Shown: one piece after another, positions 44,744-53,504 of the stretch | Position numbering within the stretch: the stretch's first letter is position 1 | How the letters are laid out: each line of letters opens with the position of its first letter | NCBI GenBank assembly: GCA_038890615.1 | Contig: JAWAFI010000002.1 | Coordinates: 1-64,000 of the forward strand | Direction of reading: 5' to 3' | Origin: Candidatus Anstonellales archaeon | GTDB lineage: Archaea; Micrarchaeota; Micrarchaeia; Anstonellales; J096 | Length of the DNA stretch: 64,000 nucleotides | Made by a program: the position numbers and the translations under genes | Notes under the pieces: generated by a model | The model's input: only the letters and a program-made list of their open reading frames with translations | The model's database searches: none | Told to the model about the DNA's origin: nothing

Positions 44744-47152
44744 TTACTTCGGCTTGAATCCCCTCATTAATAAGCTGTTTGCAACAACGCTTATAGAGCT
44801 TAGCGCCATTGCCGCCCCTGCTAATGCAGGGTCCAGTACAAGCCCTGTAAATGGGTATAAAACCCCCATAGCAATGGGTATCCCAACCGCGTTGTAGAAG
44901 GATGCCCAGAACAGGTTCTGTTTTATTTTGCTTACTGAATACTTGCTCAATTGCACTGCCTTTACTACATCTTTTAGGCTGCTTTTGACCAGCACCATGT
45001 CTCCGCTTTCTATTGCCACATCAGTGCCTGCGCCTATTGCAATGCCTACATCTGCCTGTGCAAGCGCATGCGCATCGTTTATTCCGTCTCCAACAAACGC
45101 AACCTTTCCACTCTCCTGCAGCTTCTTCACCTTTTCTGTCTTTTCTTGTGGCGCTAGCTCAGCAGCAACATCTTCTATGCCAGCCTGCTTTGCTATTGCT
45201 TTTGCAGTTCTTTTGTTGTCCCCAGTAACCATTGCCACCTTATACCCCATTCCTTTAAGCTTTTCTACTGCTTCCTTTGAGTCATCTTTTATAACATCTG
45301 CAATCCCTATTATACCTGCAAGTTTGCCGTTTACTCCAACAAAAATTACAGTATTTCCATTTTCTTCAACTTTTTCAATTATCTTACGAGCATCCTTTGG
45401 GATTGAAACCTCTTTCTTTCTCATCATAGCTGAATTGCCTATTACAACATGCATCCTCTTAACAATACCTTCTACCCCATAGCCTACTCTCTCTCTAAAC
45501 CTATCCGCCTTTAGGCTGCTCTTTGCCGTTTTCACAATTGCCTTCGCGAGATGGTGCTCTGAATTTTTTTCAACTGCTCCTGCTAACTCCAATAGTTCTT
45601 TCTTACTGATTCCAAACGGATGCACGTAAGTTACTTCAAGCTCCCCTTTTGTTATCGTCCCTGTCTTGTCAAAGAGAAACCACTTAACCTGATGTAGTGT
45701 CTCAAGGCTTTCTGCATTCTTTATTAGTATTCCATTCTCCGCTCCCTTGCCGCTTGCTATCATAACTGCGGTTGGGGTTGCCAGACCCATTGCACATGGG
45801 CATGCAATAATCAGGGTGGAAATAAACATAGTCATTGCAAACACAAAGGTTTGCCCAGCAAGAAAGTACCAATAAATAAAAGCACAAACTGCAAGTAACA
45901 TGACAACTTGCACAAAATAGCCAGCTACTACATCAGCTATCCTTTGGATAGGTGCTTTGCTGCTCTGCGCCTCCTCAACAAGCTTGATTATCTGCGCAAG
46001 CATTGTTTCACTGCCAACCTTGGTTGCTCTAAATTTAAAAGTCCCAACCCCATTTATAGTGCCTCCTATCACCTGATCCCCTCTTCTTTTCCTAACAGGC
46101 ATGCTTTCCCCTGTGACCATGCTCTGGTCTACGCTGCTTTCGCCCTCAACAACAATCCCATCAACAGGTATCCTTGCGCCTGGCTTTACCACTACTATTG
46201 AATCAACTACTACGCTTTCAACAGGAACCTCCCTTTCCTCTCCATTCAAAATTACTATTGCTGTTTTTGGCTGGAGTGCCAAGAGCTTCTTTATTGCTTC
46301 TGAGGTTTTTCCCTTAGCTATTGCTTCAAGGTACTTTCCAAGCACAATGAATGTCAAAAGCAGCGTTGCAGTTTCATAATACATAATTCCGTGGATTACT
46401 GCGAACCCTATTAGCGTGCTGTAGACATACGCAGTTCCTACTCCTACAAACACAAGGCTGTCCATTCCTGGCGTCATCCTAAGAAGGCCCTTTAATCCCT
46501 TTTCAAATATCTCCTTGTTTAGATAAATGACACCACTTGCCATAAAAAATTGGAGAATTGCAGATACCTCTTTGCTAAGCATGTTGCTTAAGCTTTCAGT
46601 TCCGAGCATCTCAGGAAGCGCAAGAAGAAGCACAGGTATTGTAAGAAGAACTGAAAAAATCACCCTGTTCCTTAGCGCCCTAAGCTCTGCATTGCTCTTT
46701 TCCTCTGCTGAACCATGCTCTTCATAGGCCTCAATCCTATATCCAGCGCTTTCTATTGCTTTTTTTACCTTTTCAAAATCAGCCCTTTCCTTATCATACA
46801 ATATATTTGCCCTCCCAGTAGCAAAGCTTACCTCTGCCTCTTTAATCCCCCACACTTCTTCTATCAACTTCTTTACATGTTCAGCGCGTTCTTTAGATTC
46901 AAGGCCAACTATCTTTACTTCCATCCCTTCTTTCTTCTCTTCAAGCTCCTCAACTTCATACCCTAGCCCCTTAATCAATCTCTTTATTTCCCCAATTCCA
47001 ATAATTCCTTCATGATATTCTACTGTGGCCTTTCCTGTGGCATAGTTCACATTTGCACTTTCAATACCTTTTATATTTCTTAGCTTTTTTTCTATGTTTA
47101 CTGCACATGAGGAGCAATCCATACCATCTATCTGCAGTGTAACCCTTCTCAT
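44744..47152 (-). CDS. copA: Cu(I)-translocating P1B ATPase
   Basis: HMA GMDCSSC, TGES, CPC, DKTGT, GDGIND, YN and MALSS; second HMA domain lacks CxxC. Confidence 0.95.
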   Translation of the reverse strand: MRRVTLQIDGMDCSSCAVNIEKKLRNIKGIESANVNYATGKATVEYHEGIIGIGEIKRLIKGLGYEVEELEEKKEGMEVKIVGLESKERAEHVKKLIEEVWGIKEAEVSFATGRANILYDKERADFEKVKKAIESAGYRIEAYEEHGSAEEKSNAELRALRNRVIFSVLLTIPVLLLALPEMLGTESLSNMLSKEVSAILQFFMASGVIYLNKEIFEKGLKGLLRMTPGMDSLVFVGVGTAYVYSTLIGFAVIHGIMYYETATLLLTFIVLGKYLEAIAKGKTSEAIKKLLALQPKTAIVILNGEEREVPVESVVVDSIVVVKPGARIPVDGIVVEGESSVDQSMVTGESMPVRKRRGDQVIGGTINGVGTFKFRATKVGSETMLAQIIKLVEEAQSSKAPIQRIADVVAGYFVQVVMLLAVCAFIYWYFLAGQTFVFAMTMFISTLIIACPCAMGLATPTAVMIASGKGAENGILIKNAESLETLHQVKWFLFDKTGTITKGELEVTYVHPFGISKKELLELAGAVEKNSEHHLAKAIVKTAKSSLKADRFRERVGYGVEGIVKRMHVVIGNSAMMRKKEVSIPKDARKIIEKVEENGNTVIFVGVNGKLAGIIGIADVIKDDSKEAVEKLKGMGYKVAMVTGDNKRTAKAIAKQAGIEDVAAELAPQEKTEKVKKLQESGKVAFVGDGINDAHALAQADVGIAIGAGTDVAIESGDMVLVKSSLKDVVKAVQLSKYSVSKIKQNLFWASFYNAVGIPIAMGVLYPFTGLVLDPALAGAAMALSSISVVANSLLMRGFKPK

Positions 47153-48066
47153 ACTAACACCCCGTAAACGAGCCCTGCTCTAGGACCATAAATTATTAAT
47201 CCAGTCAAGAAACTTGATAGCAAAAGGCTATTTATAAAAAAGCCTAAGAGGGTGGTATTAAAGTCACCTATCTTAACTTCTCCTTGTTCGCGGTACATTA
47301 CATAACTCAACCCCCCTATCACCACCATGCACACGGCAGCTAGTAGATATAGAGATACCAAGAGGTTGTCGTTTATAAGCATTGCTGAAAGCATTGCGCC
47401 CATGGTTCCTGCCATTAACCCTGCCATTATCCCCTCCATTACGCCCATTATGCCACAGTAACGCCCAGCCATTATGCCAAACCCAATCCCTAAAGAGGCA
47501 CCAACTAAAGAACCTACAAACATTCCATTGGTCGCCCCTATTGTAGCTCCGCTCATAAAACCTACTACCATTCCTATCGTCATTCCAATCATCATTCCGT
47601 TCATGCAACTAAGATTTCTTTTATAGCATTCTACGAGACTCATTGAATATGTAGTGACAACTCCTGTTGCTATTGAGAGTAGAATGAGTGGAAAATATAC
47701 TTTTATGGTTGTTCCTAAAGTATAATATACCACGAGCACAAGCACTAAAAGAACGATTGCTGAGAAAAGCGCATAGTTAATCAATTTTGCCTCTACTACG
47801 AGCTTGCCTGAAAGCGTTCTCTTAATATATTCAAAAACCCTGTGTGGATCACCTCTTCTCTCTTCTGAGCCTTTCTCAAGATATCCATTCTCTGCAAGTG
47901 CTCTTCTCAAGCCCGCTATCTTATCCTCCTCAACGCTAAACAAGACCTTTCCTGTTTTAATATCTATTTCAACAACCTGCGCTCCATTCTCCTGCGCCAC
48001 TTTTTTAAGTATCTCTATACAGGATTCGCAGGAAGCGTTCTGGAGGTTCAATTCAAGTTGACTCAT
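47149..48066 (-). CDS. HMA domain fused to Met/Gly-rich polytopic membrane domain
   Basis: N-terminal [18 protein letters not shown] and [21 protein letters not shown] segments. Confidence 0.8.
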   Translation of the reverse strand: MSQLELNLQNASCESCIEILKKVAQENGAQVVEIDIKTGKVLFSVEEDKIAGLRRALAENGYLEKGSEERRGDPHRVFEYIKRTLSGKLVVEAKLINYALFSAIVLLVLVLVVYYTLGTTIKVYFPLILLSIATGVVTTYSMSLVECYKRNLSCMNGMMIGMTIGMVVGFMSGATIGATNGMFVGSLVGASLGIGFGIMAGRYCGIMGVMEGIMAGLMAGTMGAMLSAMLINDNLLVSLYLLAAVCMVVIGGLSYVMYREQGEVKIGDFNTTLLGFFINSLLLSSFLTGLIIYGPRAGLVYGVLV

Positions 48067-48075
48067 TCCAGCACC

Positions 48076-48249
48076 TTATAGTATGGCCTTCTTTACTCTG
48101 CTTATCGTTTCATTACCCTCATATTCTATTATAACTTTCCCTATACTTACGTTGACACTCTTTAATCCTGGTATGTCAGCTATTACCCCCCTAATCAATG
48201 CACTTCGTGATTTGCAACACATTCTACTTATCTTTATTTCTGCTTTCAT
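48076..48249 (-). CDS. CopZ/HMA-like small protein, degenerate metal motif (possibly decaying)
   Basis: GAGGTGA SD then MKAEIKISRMCCKSRS...GLKSVNVSIGKVIIEY; CxxC not intact; 57 aa. Confidence 0.55.
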   Translation of the reverse strand: MKAEIKISRMCCKSRSALIRGVIADIPGLKSVNVSIGKVIIEYEGNETISRVKKAIL

Positions 48250-48260
48250 TAAATCACCTC

Positions 48261-48503
48261 TTAGTGAATTACGATGTATCCCTCCTGTTCCATCATCGTG
48301 ACGATATCTTCGATCCATTTCTGACCACAATCAATTATTGCTACAACCTCTTTGTGTTTCCTTTTAACATGGTTGTTCATATTTCCAATATGCTTTTCTA
48401 TTTCATCAAGAAGGTTCTCACATCTCATGCAACAAATCATCTGCAGTTCCGCTGTACCTTTTTCCGCATTTTCCTTCATTATTTTATATGTACCTCCCAT
48501 CAT
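48261..48503 (-). CDS. small Cys/His/Met-rich protein, HMA-like (CCxxC)
   Basis: MICCMRCENLL...EQEGY; overlaps upstream cupredoxin stop. Confidence 0.55.
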   Translation of the reverse strand: MMGGTYKIMKENAEKGTAELQMICCMRCENLLDEIEKHIGNMNNHVKRKHKEVVAIIDCGQKWIEDIVTMMEQEGYIVIH

Positions 48504-49051
48504 TCAACCACCATCTTTCCTACAAACATGTTCATACTACAATGGTATCTGTAGGAACCAACTTTATTTGGTGTGAACTCTACAACCTGTGTTTCTCCAT
48601 TCTTGGAGTAGAGCCGAACACCAAACTCATCAAGAATCATGTATCTGCCGCATCCAGAAGAGGGTTCTGCGCTAAAGTAAAGCCTTACTGGTACTCCTTT
48701 CTTAACTCGTACTTCTTCTGGCTCATATCTTCCTGTTCCAAGCGCCTTTATGTATATCTCTTGCATTTCTCCTTTTGCAGCAGACAGGTTTGTCTCATTT
48801 TGTTCGAGTTTAGACCATGAGTTTTCATTGCATCCACATCCTCCTAAACTCCAGCTGCTAATACTTGCTTTGGAAGGGTACAGGACTCTATTTTCTACTA
48901 CGTTCCCATTTGCTTGCGCAGAGTCTGTACTCTTTTTTAAAGCTCCAGGCAACCCTAATATCACTCCTCCTGTCACTGCACCGGCGAGCAGGAGGGCCCA
49001 AAAGAGCACCCAAGTGGTTTTTTGTATTCTTATTTTTTCCACATACCTCAC
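48500..49051 (-). CDS. membrane-anchored cupredoxin-domain protein
   Basis: N-terminal TM, GGCGC, YEPEEVRVKKGVPV, EFTP..GSYRYHCSMNM..GKMVVE. Confidence 0.85.
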   Translation of the reverse strand: MRYVEKIRIQKTTWVLFWALLLAGAVTGGVILGLPGALKKSTDSAQANGNVVENRVLYPSKASISSWSLGGCGCNENSWSKLEQNETNLSAAKGEMQEIYIKALGTGRYEPEEVRVKKGVPVRLYFSAEPSSGCGRYMILDEFGVRLYSKNGETQVVEFTPNKVGSYRYHCSMNMFVGKMVVE

Positions 49052-49066
49052 CCATAAGCTTTATAA

Positions 49067-49127
49067 TGTTTCGTATGTTGAAACAATATATATTAATTAA
49101 TGAAACAAAGTTTCCAACCTTTGAAAC
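49067..49127. promoter_or_regulatory. candidate operator array between divergent copper genes and regulator
   Basis: TGTTTC-N7-GAAACA (49067-49085), GTTTC-N8-GAAAC (49110-49127), TGAAAC at 49079, 49101, 49122. Confidence 0.55.
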
Positions 49128-49159
49128 GATATATTAAAAATAAAACGAACGGTTTTACT

Positions 49160-49645
49160 ATGGAGATCAACAAGAAAATGGCTCTTTTGATTCTTATAAT
49201 CTCACTGTTTGTTTTCCTTCTCACTGTTCTGGTCATTGTTTATTCAATCTATTCAGGAGGAGATGAAGTCCCTTTTCTGCTCAAACCTTTTATTGTTTAC
49301 CACAACGAGTTCATGGTTCTTATGGGTCTAGTTGGGGTTTTTTCTGGAGTAGTAATTTATAGCATAATGGCTTCCTCTCTTAAGAAGCAGGAGATCATTA
49401 CCCAGAAAAGCATAGACCTTCTTATTAAGGTTCTTCCTGATGACGAGCGCTCCATAGTAATGCACCTTAGGGGCAAAAAAGGTATGAGCACCCAAAGTGA
49501 GATATCAAAGATTCTTGGCTCGCGCCTCAAGGCCCATCGCCTAGTAAGAAAGCTTTCCGAGCGTGGTATCCTCCTTATTGACAGGTACGGTAAAACAAAC
49601 ATTCTACGCCTTGCAGAAGAATTTTCCTTCCATGAAGAAAAGTAG
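49160..49645 (+). CDS. membrane-anchored winged-HTH transcription regulator
   Basis: Two TM helices then LPDDERSIV...TQSEI...KAHRLVRKLSERG...GKTN. Confidence 0.8.
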   Translation: MEINKKMALLILIISLFVFLLTVLVIVYSIYSGGDEVPFLLKPFIVYHNEFMVLMGLVGVFSGVVIYSIMASSLKKQEIITQKSIDLLIKVLPDDERSIVMHLRGKKGMSTQSEISKILGSRLKAHRLVRKLSERGILLIDRYGKTNILRLAEEFSFHEEK

Positions 49646-49649
49646 TGAA

Positions 49650-49721
49650 TGCCACAGGGCGGATTTGAACCGCCGACCCTCCGGTCTTCAGCCGGATGCT
49701 CTCCCGCTGAGCTACTGTGGC
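49650..49721 (-). tRNA. tRNA-Phe (GAA)
   Basis: Reverse strand: GCCACAG/CTGTGGC+A, GCTC/GAGC D-stem, TCCGG-CTGAAGA-CCGGA, GGCGG-TTCAAAT-CCGCC. Confidence 0.97.
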
Positions 49722-49785
49722 TTTGATTTATCCATTAAGCTAATATATTTAAACCTTCCATTTATCTTAAAAGCAGGTGGACAAT

Positions 49786-51102
49786 ATGGCTTCAGAAGAA
49801 GAAGTTGTTTCTATGGTAAGAGAGCAAGGGATAAGGTGGATTGACCTTCAGTTCACTGACGTTCTCGGGCATTTCCGAAATGTTTCGCTAGTTGCTGATT
49901 CAATAGGCACAACAGAGCTGAAGAAAGGAGTTTACACTGACCTCTCGCCCTTGTTTGGGGAGAACTCTTACCTCCTTCCTGATCCAAACACTTATGCAAA
50001 AATAAGGTGGCTTAGGAGCACTGGGAGGTTCATTGCTTCACTTGTTGATGATAAGCAGAGGGCAAGGGAATACGACCCTCGTTATTCAATTGAAAAAGCG
50101 ATTAAGCTTTCAGAGCTTGCTGGCTTCGGCCGCATTGATATCTCACCCTCCATTTGCTTCAATTTACTAGATACCGCTTCCATAGACAGAACAAAGCCAG
50201 AAAAGCCAGGCGGGGTTCTTTTTGATTCAAGGGAAGCAGCATGGAGCCCTTCTCCCTTAGCAACTCCTGAGAATGCGTACATGTGCTCCCAGCCATACGA
50301 TTCATTTGCCACAATAAGGGAGGAAACCTCTGATGTGCTTGAGGCAGATATGCGTTTTCGAGTGATGTCACACCATCATGGCGCAGGCAACACAGGGGCA
50401 CAGAGGCTTAACCTTGCACCAATGACTCTCCTTGACGCAGGTGACGCCATCCAGAGCTGCAAGTTTATAATTAGGAACATTGCAACTGCTGCAGGTCTCA
50501 CCGCTTCATTCCTTGCACAGCCAGTTCCATCTGACAAGCTCTCAAACTTCATTCTTGGAATAAGCATATGGAAAGGATCAGAAAACGCATTCTTTGAATC
50601 TAGCGGTGAACTTAGTGACAAGGCGCTTTATTTTGCAGGAGGGCTAATAGAGCATGCAGAGGTGCTTTCGCTGTTTGCTTCCCCAAGCCCCAACTCCTAC
50701 AAGGCATTCTCTTCAATGTACGCAGGTTTTGGGAACGGTTGCTCTGTTGATTTCGCAGCTCCAGGGAACAGGCCTGACTCTAGCGTAGTTTTATTCAGAG
50801 GAACTGATGGAACAGCCAACCCCTATCTTGCAATTTCAGCCGTAATTGCTGCTGGTATTGATGGCATGAAAAAGAAGAGAGAGCCGAATGAGTATGCTTC
50901 TTCCCTAGAGGATGTAAAGAAGCATGGCTTGCGCAGGATGACTTCATCATTTGAATACTCTCTTGAAGCTTTTGAGAGTGACAACTCCTTTGTCAAGAGC
51001 GTGCTTGAGCCAGCCCTACTTGATATCTACCTTAAGGAGTATGCAGTAATCCACAGAAAAGCAAGGGCAAACGCAGGTATGGATTATTCTACAGGGCTCT
51101 AA
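49786..51102 (+). CDS. glutamine synthetase type I homologue lacking catalytic residues
   Basis: IDLQFTDVLG, LLPDPNT, DPR, KFIIRNIA, YFAGGLIEHA, NSYK, ANPYLA retained; metal-binding Glu/His motifs replaced. Confidence 0.85.
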   Translation: MASEEEVVSMVREQGIRWIDLQFTDVLGHFRNVSLVADSIGTTELKKGVYTDLSPLFGENSYLLPDPNTYAKIRWLRSTGRFIASLVDDKQRAREYDPRYSIEKAIKLSELAGFGRIDISPSICFNLLDTASIDRTKPEKPGGVLFDSREAAWSPSPLATPENAYMCSQPYDSFATIREETSDVLEADMRFRVMSHHHGAGNTGAQRLNLAPMTLLDAGDAIQSCKFIIRNIATAAGLTASFLAQPVPSDKLSNFILGISIWKGSENAFFESSGELSDKALYFAGGLIEHAEVLSLFASPSPNSYKAFSSMYAGFGNGCSVDFAAPGNRPDSSVVLFRGTDGTANPYLAISAVIAAGIDGMKKKREPNEYASSLEDVKKHGLRRMTSSFEYSLEAFESDNSFVKSVLEPALLDIYLKEYAVIHRKARANAGMDYSTGL

Positions 51103-51151
51103 ATATACTAAAACATCCATTGACCTCTATAACCATCTAGGAAAAAGAGAG

Positions 51152-51239
51152 AGCTAGGGGAGGGAATTGAACCCCCCTATGCCGGTTTCGGCTGCGAAGA
51201 GTACTGCAGCCGGCCGCGTTGCCGATCCGCCACCCTAGC
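51152..51239 (-). tRNA. tRNA-Cys (GCA) with 17-nt intron at 37/38
   Basis: Reverse strand: GCTAGGG/CCCTAGC+T(U73), GCCGG-CTGCAG[TACTCTTCGCAGCCGAA]A-CCGGC; intron 51187-51203. Confidence 0.88.
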
Positions 51240-51280
51240 GTTATTTTCTATAAACCAGATTTGTTTTTAATGTTTTTGCC

Positions 51281-52177
51281 CTAACTGAGGAGGTCCTTAA
51301 GCCTTCTTTTGAATATTGCTTTTTTTGCCCATGGGTCCACAGCAACCTCATCAGCGTATCTTCCTTCCTTATCAACTGCGTTTACATTTGCCCCTGCATC
51401 TAATAAAATCTGCACTAAATTCATATGGAACATTTTTGCAGCAACTGCCAAAGCAGGGGTTCCATCCTTATCCTTTGCATCGACATCATCCCCCTTCTCC
51501 AAAAACATTTTCACCAATTTTTCATCCCCGGATTTGATTGCTTCTATAAGCCTTGGGTTGCCTGTTTTCTTTGCATTTTCTTCAATTTTTTCAATCTTTT
51601 TGTTAATTATAAAATTTCTTATCCCTTCATCTTCTGCCAGGTCTTCTGCATATTTCCATTCTTTATTCGTGGAGAAAAGGTTTGCCCCGCGCTCAACTAA
51701 GAATTCAACAGCTTTTCTTCTCCCGCTTCTTGCAGCCCACATAAGAGGGGTGCAACCGTACTTATCGCTTTTATCTATCCAACATCCTAATTCAAGGAGA
51801 AGCCTTGCAATATCAATATTATCATTCCAGGCAGCCATCATAAGTGCATTCCTATCATGCTTGTCCTTTGCCTCATAGTCTGCTCCCTTTATTATAAGCC
51901 ATACAACATTTTCTAATGCGTTGTTCTTGTTGTTTGTTGTTATATTAACAATTTTCCATCCTAATGCCCTCGCATCCCATTCGCCGATCTTTGCCTTGTT
52001 TTTCTCATTTATCTCTTTAAGCTTATTGTAAATCTCATTTCCCTCTTCTCCTCTGTTTAATGCATGTACCGCCCTCATTACTATTTCTTTTTCTGTAAGC
52101 TTCCTCTCCTCTAATTTAACCTCTTTTTTTATTCCTTTTTTCTTCCCCTCTAGCTTAACATCCTTTTCTTTTTTCAT
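51281..52177 (-). CDS. ankyrin-repeat protein
   Basis: NALMMAA, GCTPLMWAA, GTPALAVAA, LLDAGANVNAVD. Confidence 0.93.
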   Translation of the reverse strand: MKKEKDVKLEGKKKGIKKEVKLEERKLTEKEIVMRAVHALNRGEEGNEIYNKLKEINEKNKAKIGEWDARALGWKIVNITTNNKNNALENVVWLIIKGADYEAKDKHDRNALMMAAWNDNIDIARLLLELGCWIDKSDKYGCTPLMWAARSGRRKAVEFLVERGANLFSTNKEWKYAEDLAEDEGIRNFIINKKIEKIEENAKKTGNPRLIEAIKSGDEKLVKMFLEKGDDVDAKDKDGTPALAVAAKMFHMNLVQILLDAGANVNAVDKEGRYADEVAVDPWAKKAIFKRRLKDLLS

Positions 52178-52230
52178 TTATTATTCTCTAAAATATGCTT
52201 TTTAAGCTTTGCTTGCTTATCTTATTCTAA

Positions 52231-53190
52231 TTAGTACGCTACTATGTTTAAGTTATAACTGCATCCAGGGTCTTCCTCAACATACCCTGAAAGGAAGAGC
52301 CTTAGGTAGCCAAGTATTGGCACCCTTGCTATCACTTTGCCTTTTATCTGGCTCCTCTCAACTATAGAATTGCCCCCAAAGCCGCTGTATATTTGTATGT
52401 CAGCTATTTCATTGTTGTCCCCTTTTATTATATAATACTCATTGCTCTCTGTCTTTATCTTAAGCATAGCCCTGTGGATTATATCCCCCACCCTGCTGAA
52501 TGCATCGCTTGGCTTTGGAGCGTATACAACTACATCCCCTCCCCTGTTGTCAATTACAATGTAATCTTTGTATTCAATCCTTTGCAGGCAAGGAACAAAA
52601 CCTTCCTTTGCACCTTTCTTTACCCCTTTCCTATAGCAGGTTCCATAATGGAACTCAAAGTTGCCCCTTTTCTCCACTACCTTGCTCGGATAGTTGAAAA
52701 GATAAGCGCAAAACTCATGGCTTTCCGTAGCACAAGCAGAAAGCGCAGATCCCTTAACTTCTTCGCTTTTCCCCTCCCACTCAACTACTGCATTGGCATT
52801 GGAAAGCCGTGCAACATCCTGCTCGCTCGCCTCTATTTCAGGGGCCCTTATACCTTCCCCATATATAACAACCAGATCCCCTCTTTCAAGGTTGGGGAGC
52901 ATGCTACATGACACCACTGCATTTAGAGGAGAGCTAGTCCTTAGCGCAAATGAAAGTGCAAGCCATACTACTACTATAGCCCCTATTGTTATCACAGTGT
53001 CCTTAAGCTCTTCCTTCCAGCCTCTTTCCCTAACCCCCTGCGCCACCTCAAGCACTACTGCTATCACAAGGAAAATAGCACAAAGAACCCCTAATATTGG
53101 CTCCCTGAATAGCACATAAAGTATAAGGAAAAATATGGAAAGCCCAATTGCAATCCTGTCTGCGTTTTCCTTTCCTATCTTGAAATCCAT
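52231..53190 (-). CDS. signal peptidase I (archaeal/Sec11-type) with large insertion
   Basis: VVSCSMLPNL.RGD (Ser), IIHR (His), IKGDNN, GKV...VP.LG. Confidence 0.85.
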   Translation of the reverse strand: MDFKIGKENADRIAIGLSIFFLILYVLFREPILGVLCAIFLVIAVVLEVAQGVRERGWKEELKDTVITIGAIVVVWLALSFALRTSSPLNAVVSCSMLPNLERGDLVVIYGEGIRAPEIEASEQDVARLSNANAVVEWEGKSEEVKGSALSACATESHEFCAYLFNYPSKVVEKRGNFEFHYGTCYRKGVKKGAKEGFVPCLQRIEYKDYIVIDNRGGDVVVYAPKPSDAFSRVGDIIHRAMLKIKTESNEYYIIKGDNNEIADIQIYSGFGGNSIVERSQIKGKVIARVPILGYLRLFLSGYVEEDPGCSYNLNIVAY

Positions 53191-53191
53191 C

Positions 53192-53443
53192 TTACTCCTT
53201 TCCTATTTCCTTTTCCATCCTTTCTGCCATTTCCTCTATCTCTTTCAGGGCTTTTGCAAGCGCCCCCTTGGCGTTCTTGCCTTTTATCCTAAGTTCAACT
53301 TCGTTCTTTAGCGGATGTTCTTGCCTGTAAAAAACTGTTATGCCATCCATTTCGTTCATGTGCTGGGCAAGTGCCATAGCAAGGGCTCTGTTTTCTGTTT
53401 TTATTATGAGTACATCATCCTCTTTTTCTATGCTGGTAATCAT
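53192..53443 (-). CDS. rpoL: RNA polymerase subunit L (Rpo11)
   Basis: 83 aa; FYRQEHPL motif and C-terminal ALAKALKEI helix. Confidence 0.8.
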   Translation of the reverse strand: MITSIEKEDDVLIIKTENRALAMALAQHMNEMDGITVFYRQEHPLKNEVELRIKGKNAKGALAKALKEIEEMAERMEKEIGKE

Positions 53444-53504
53444 GCCTTTACTTAGGGATAATATTATTAAAACCTTTGGATTCCCTTTCTTATCCAGGGC
53501 TGAT

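Noticed and set aside
49067..49127. GTTTC...GAAAC motifs as a CRISPR mini-array
   Set aside because: Units are only 17-18 nt with different interiors, no spacer-length periodicity and no cas genes
44744..49721. Formal mobile element integrated at tRNA-Phe
   Set aside because: No integrase and no duplicate of the tRNA 3' end seen at the other boundary
49563..49844. 93-aa plus-strand ORF
   Set aside because: Runs antisense through tRNA-Phe and overlaps two real genes
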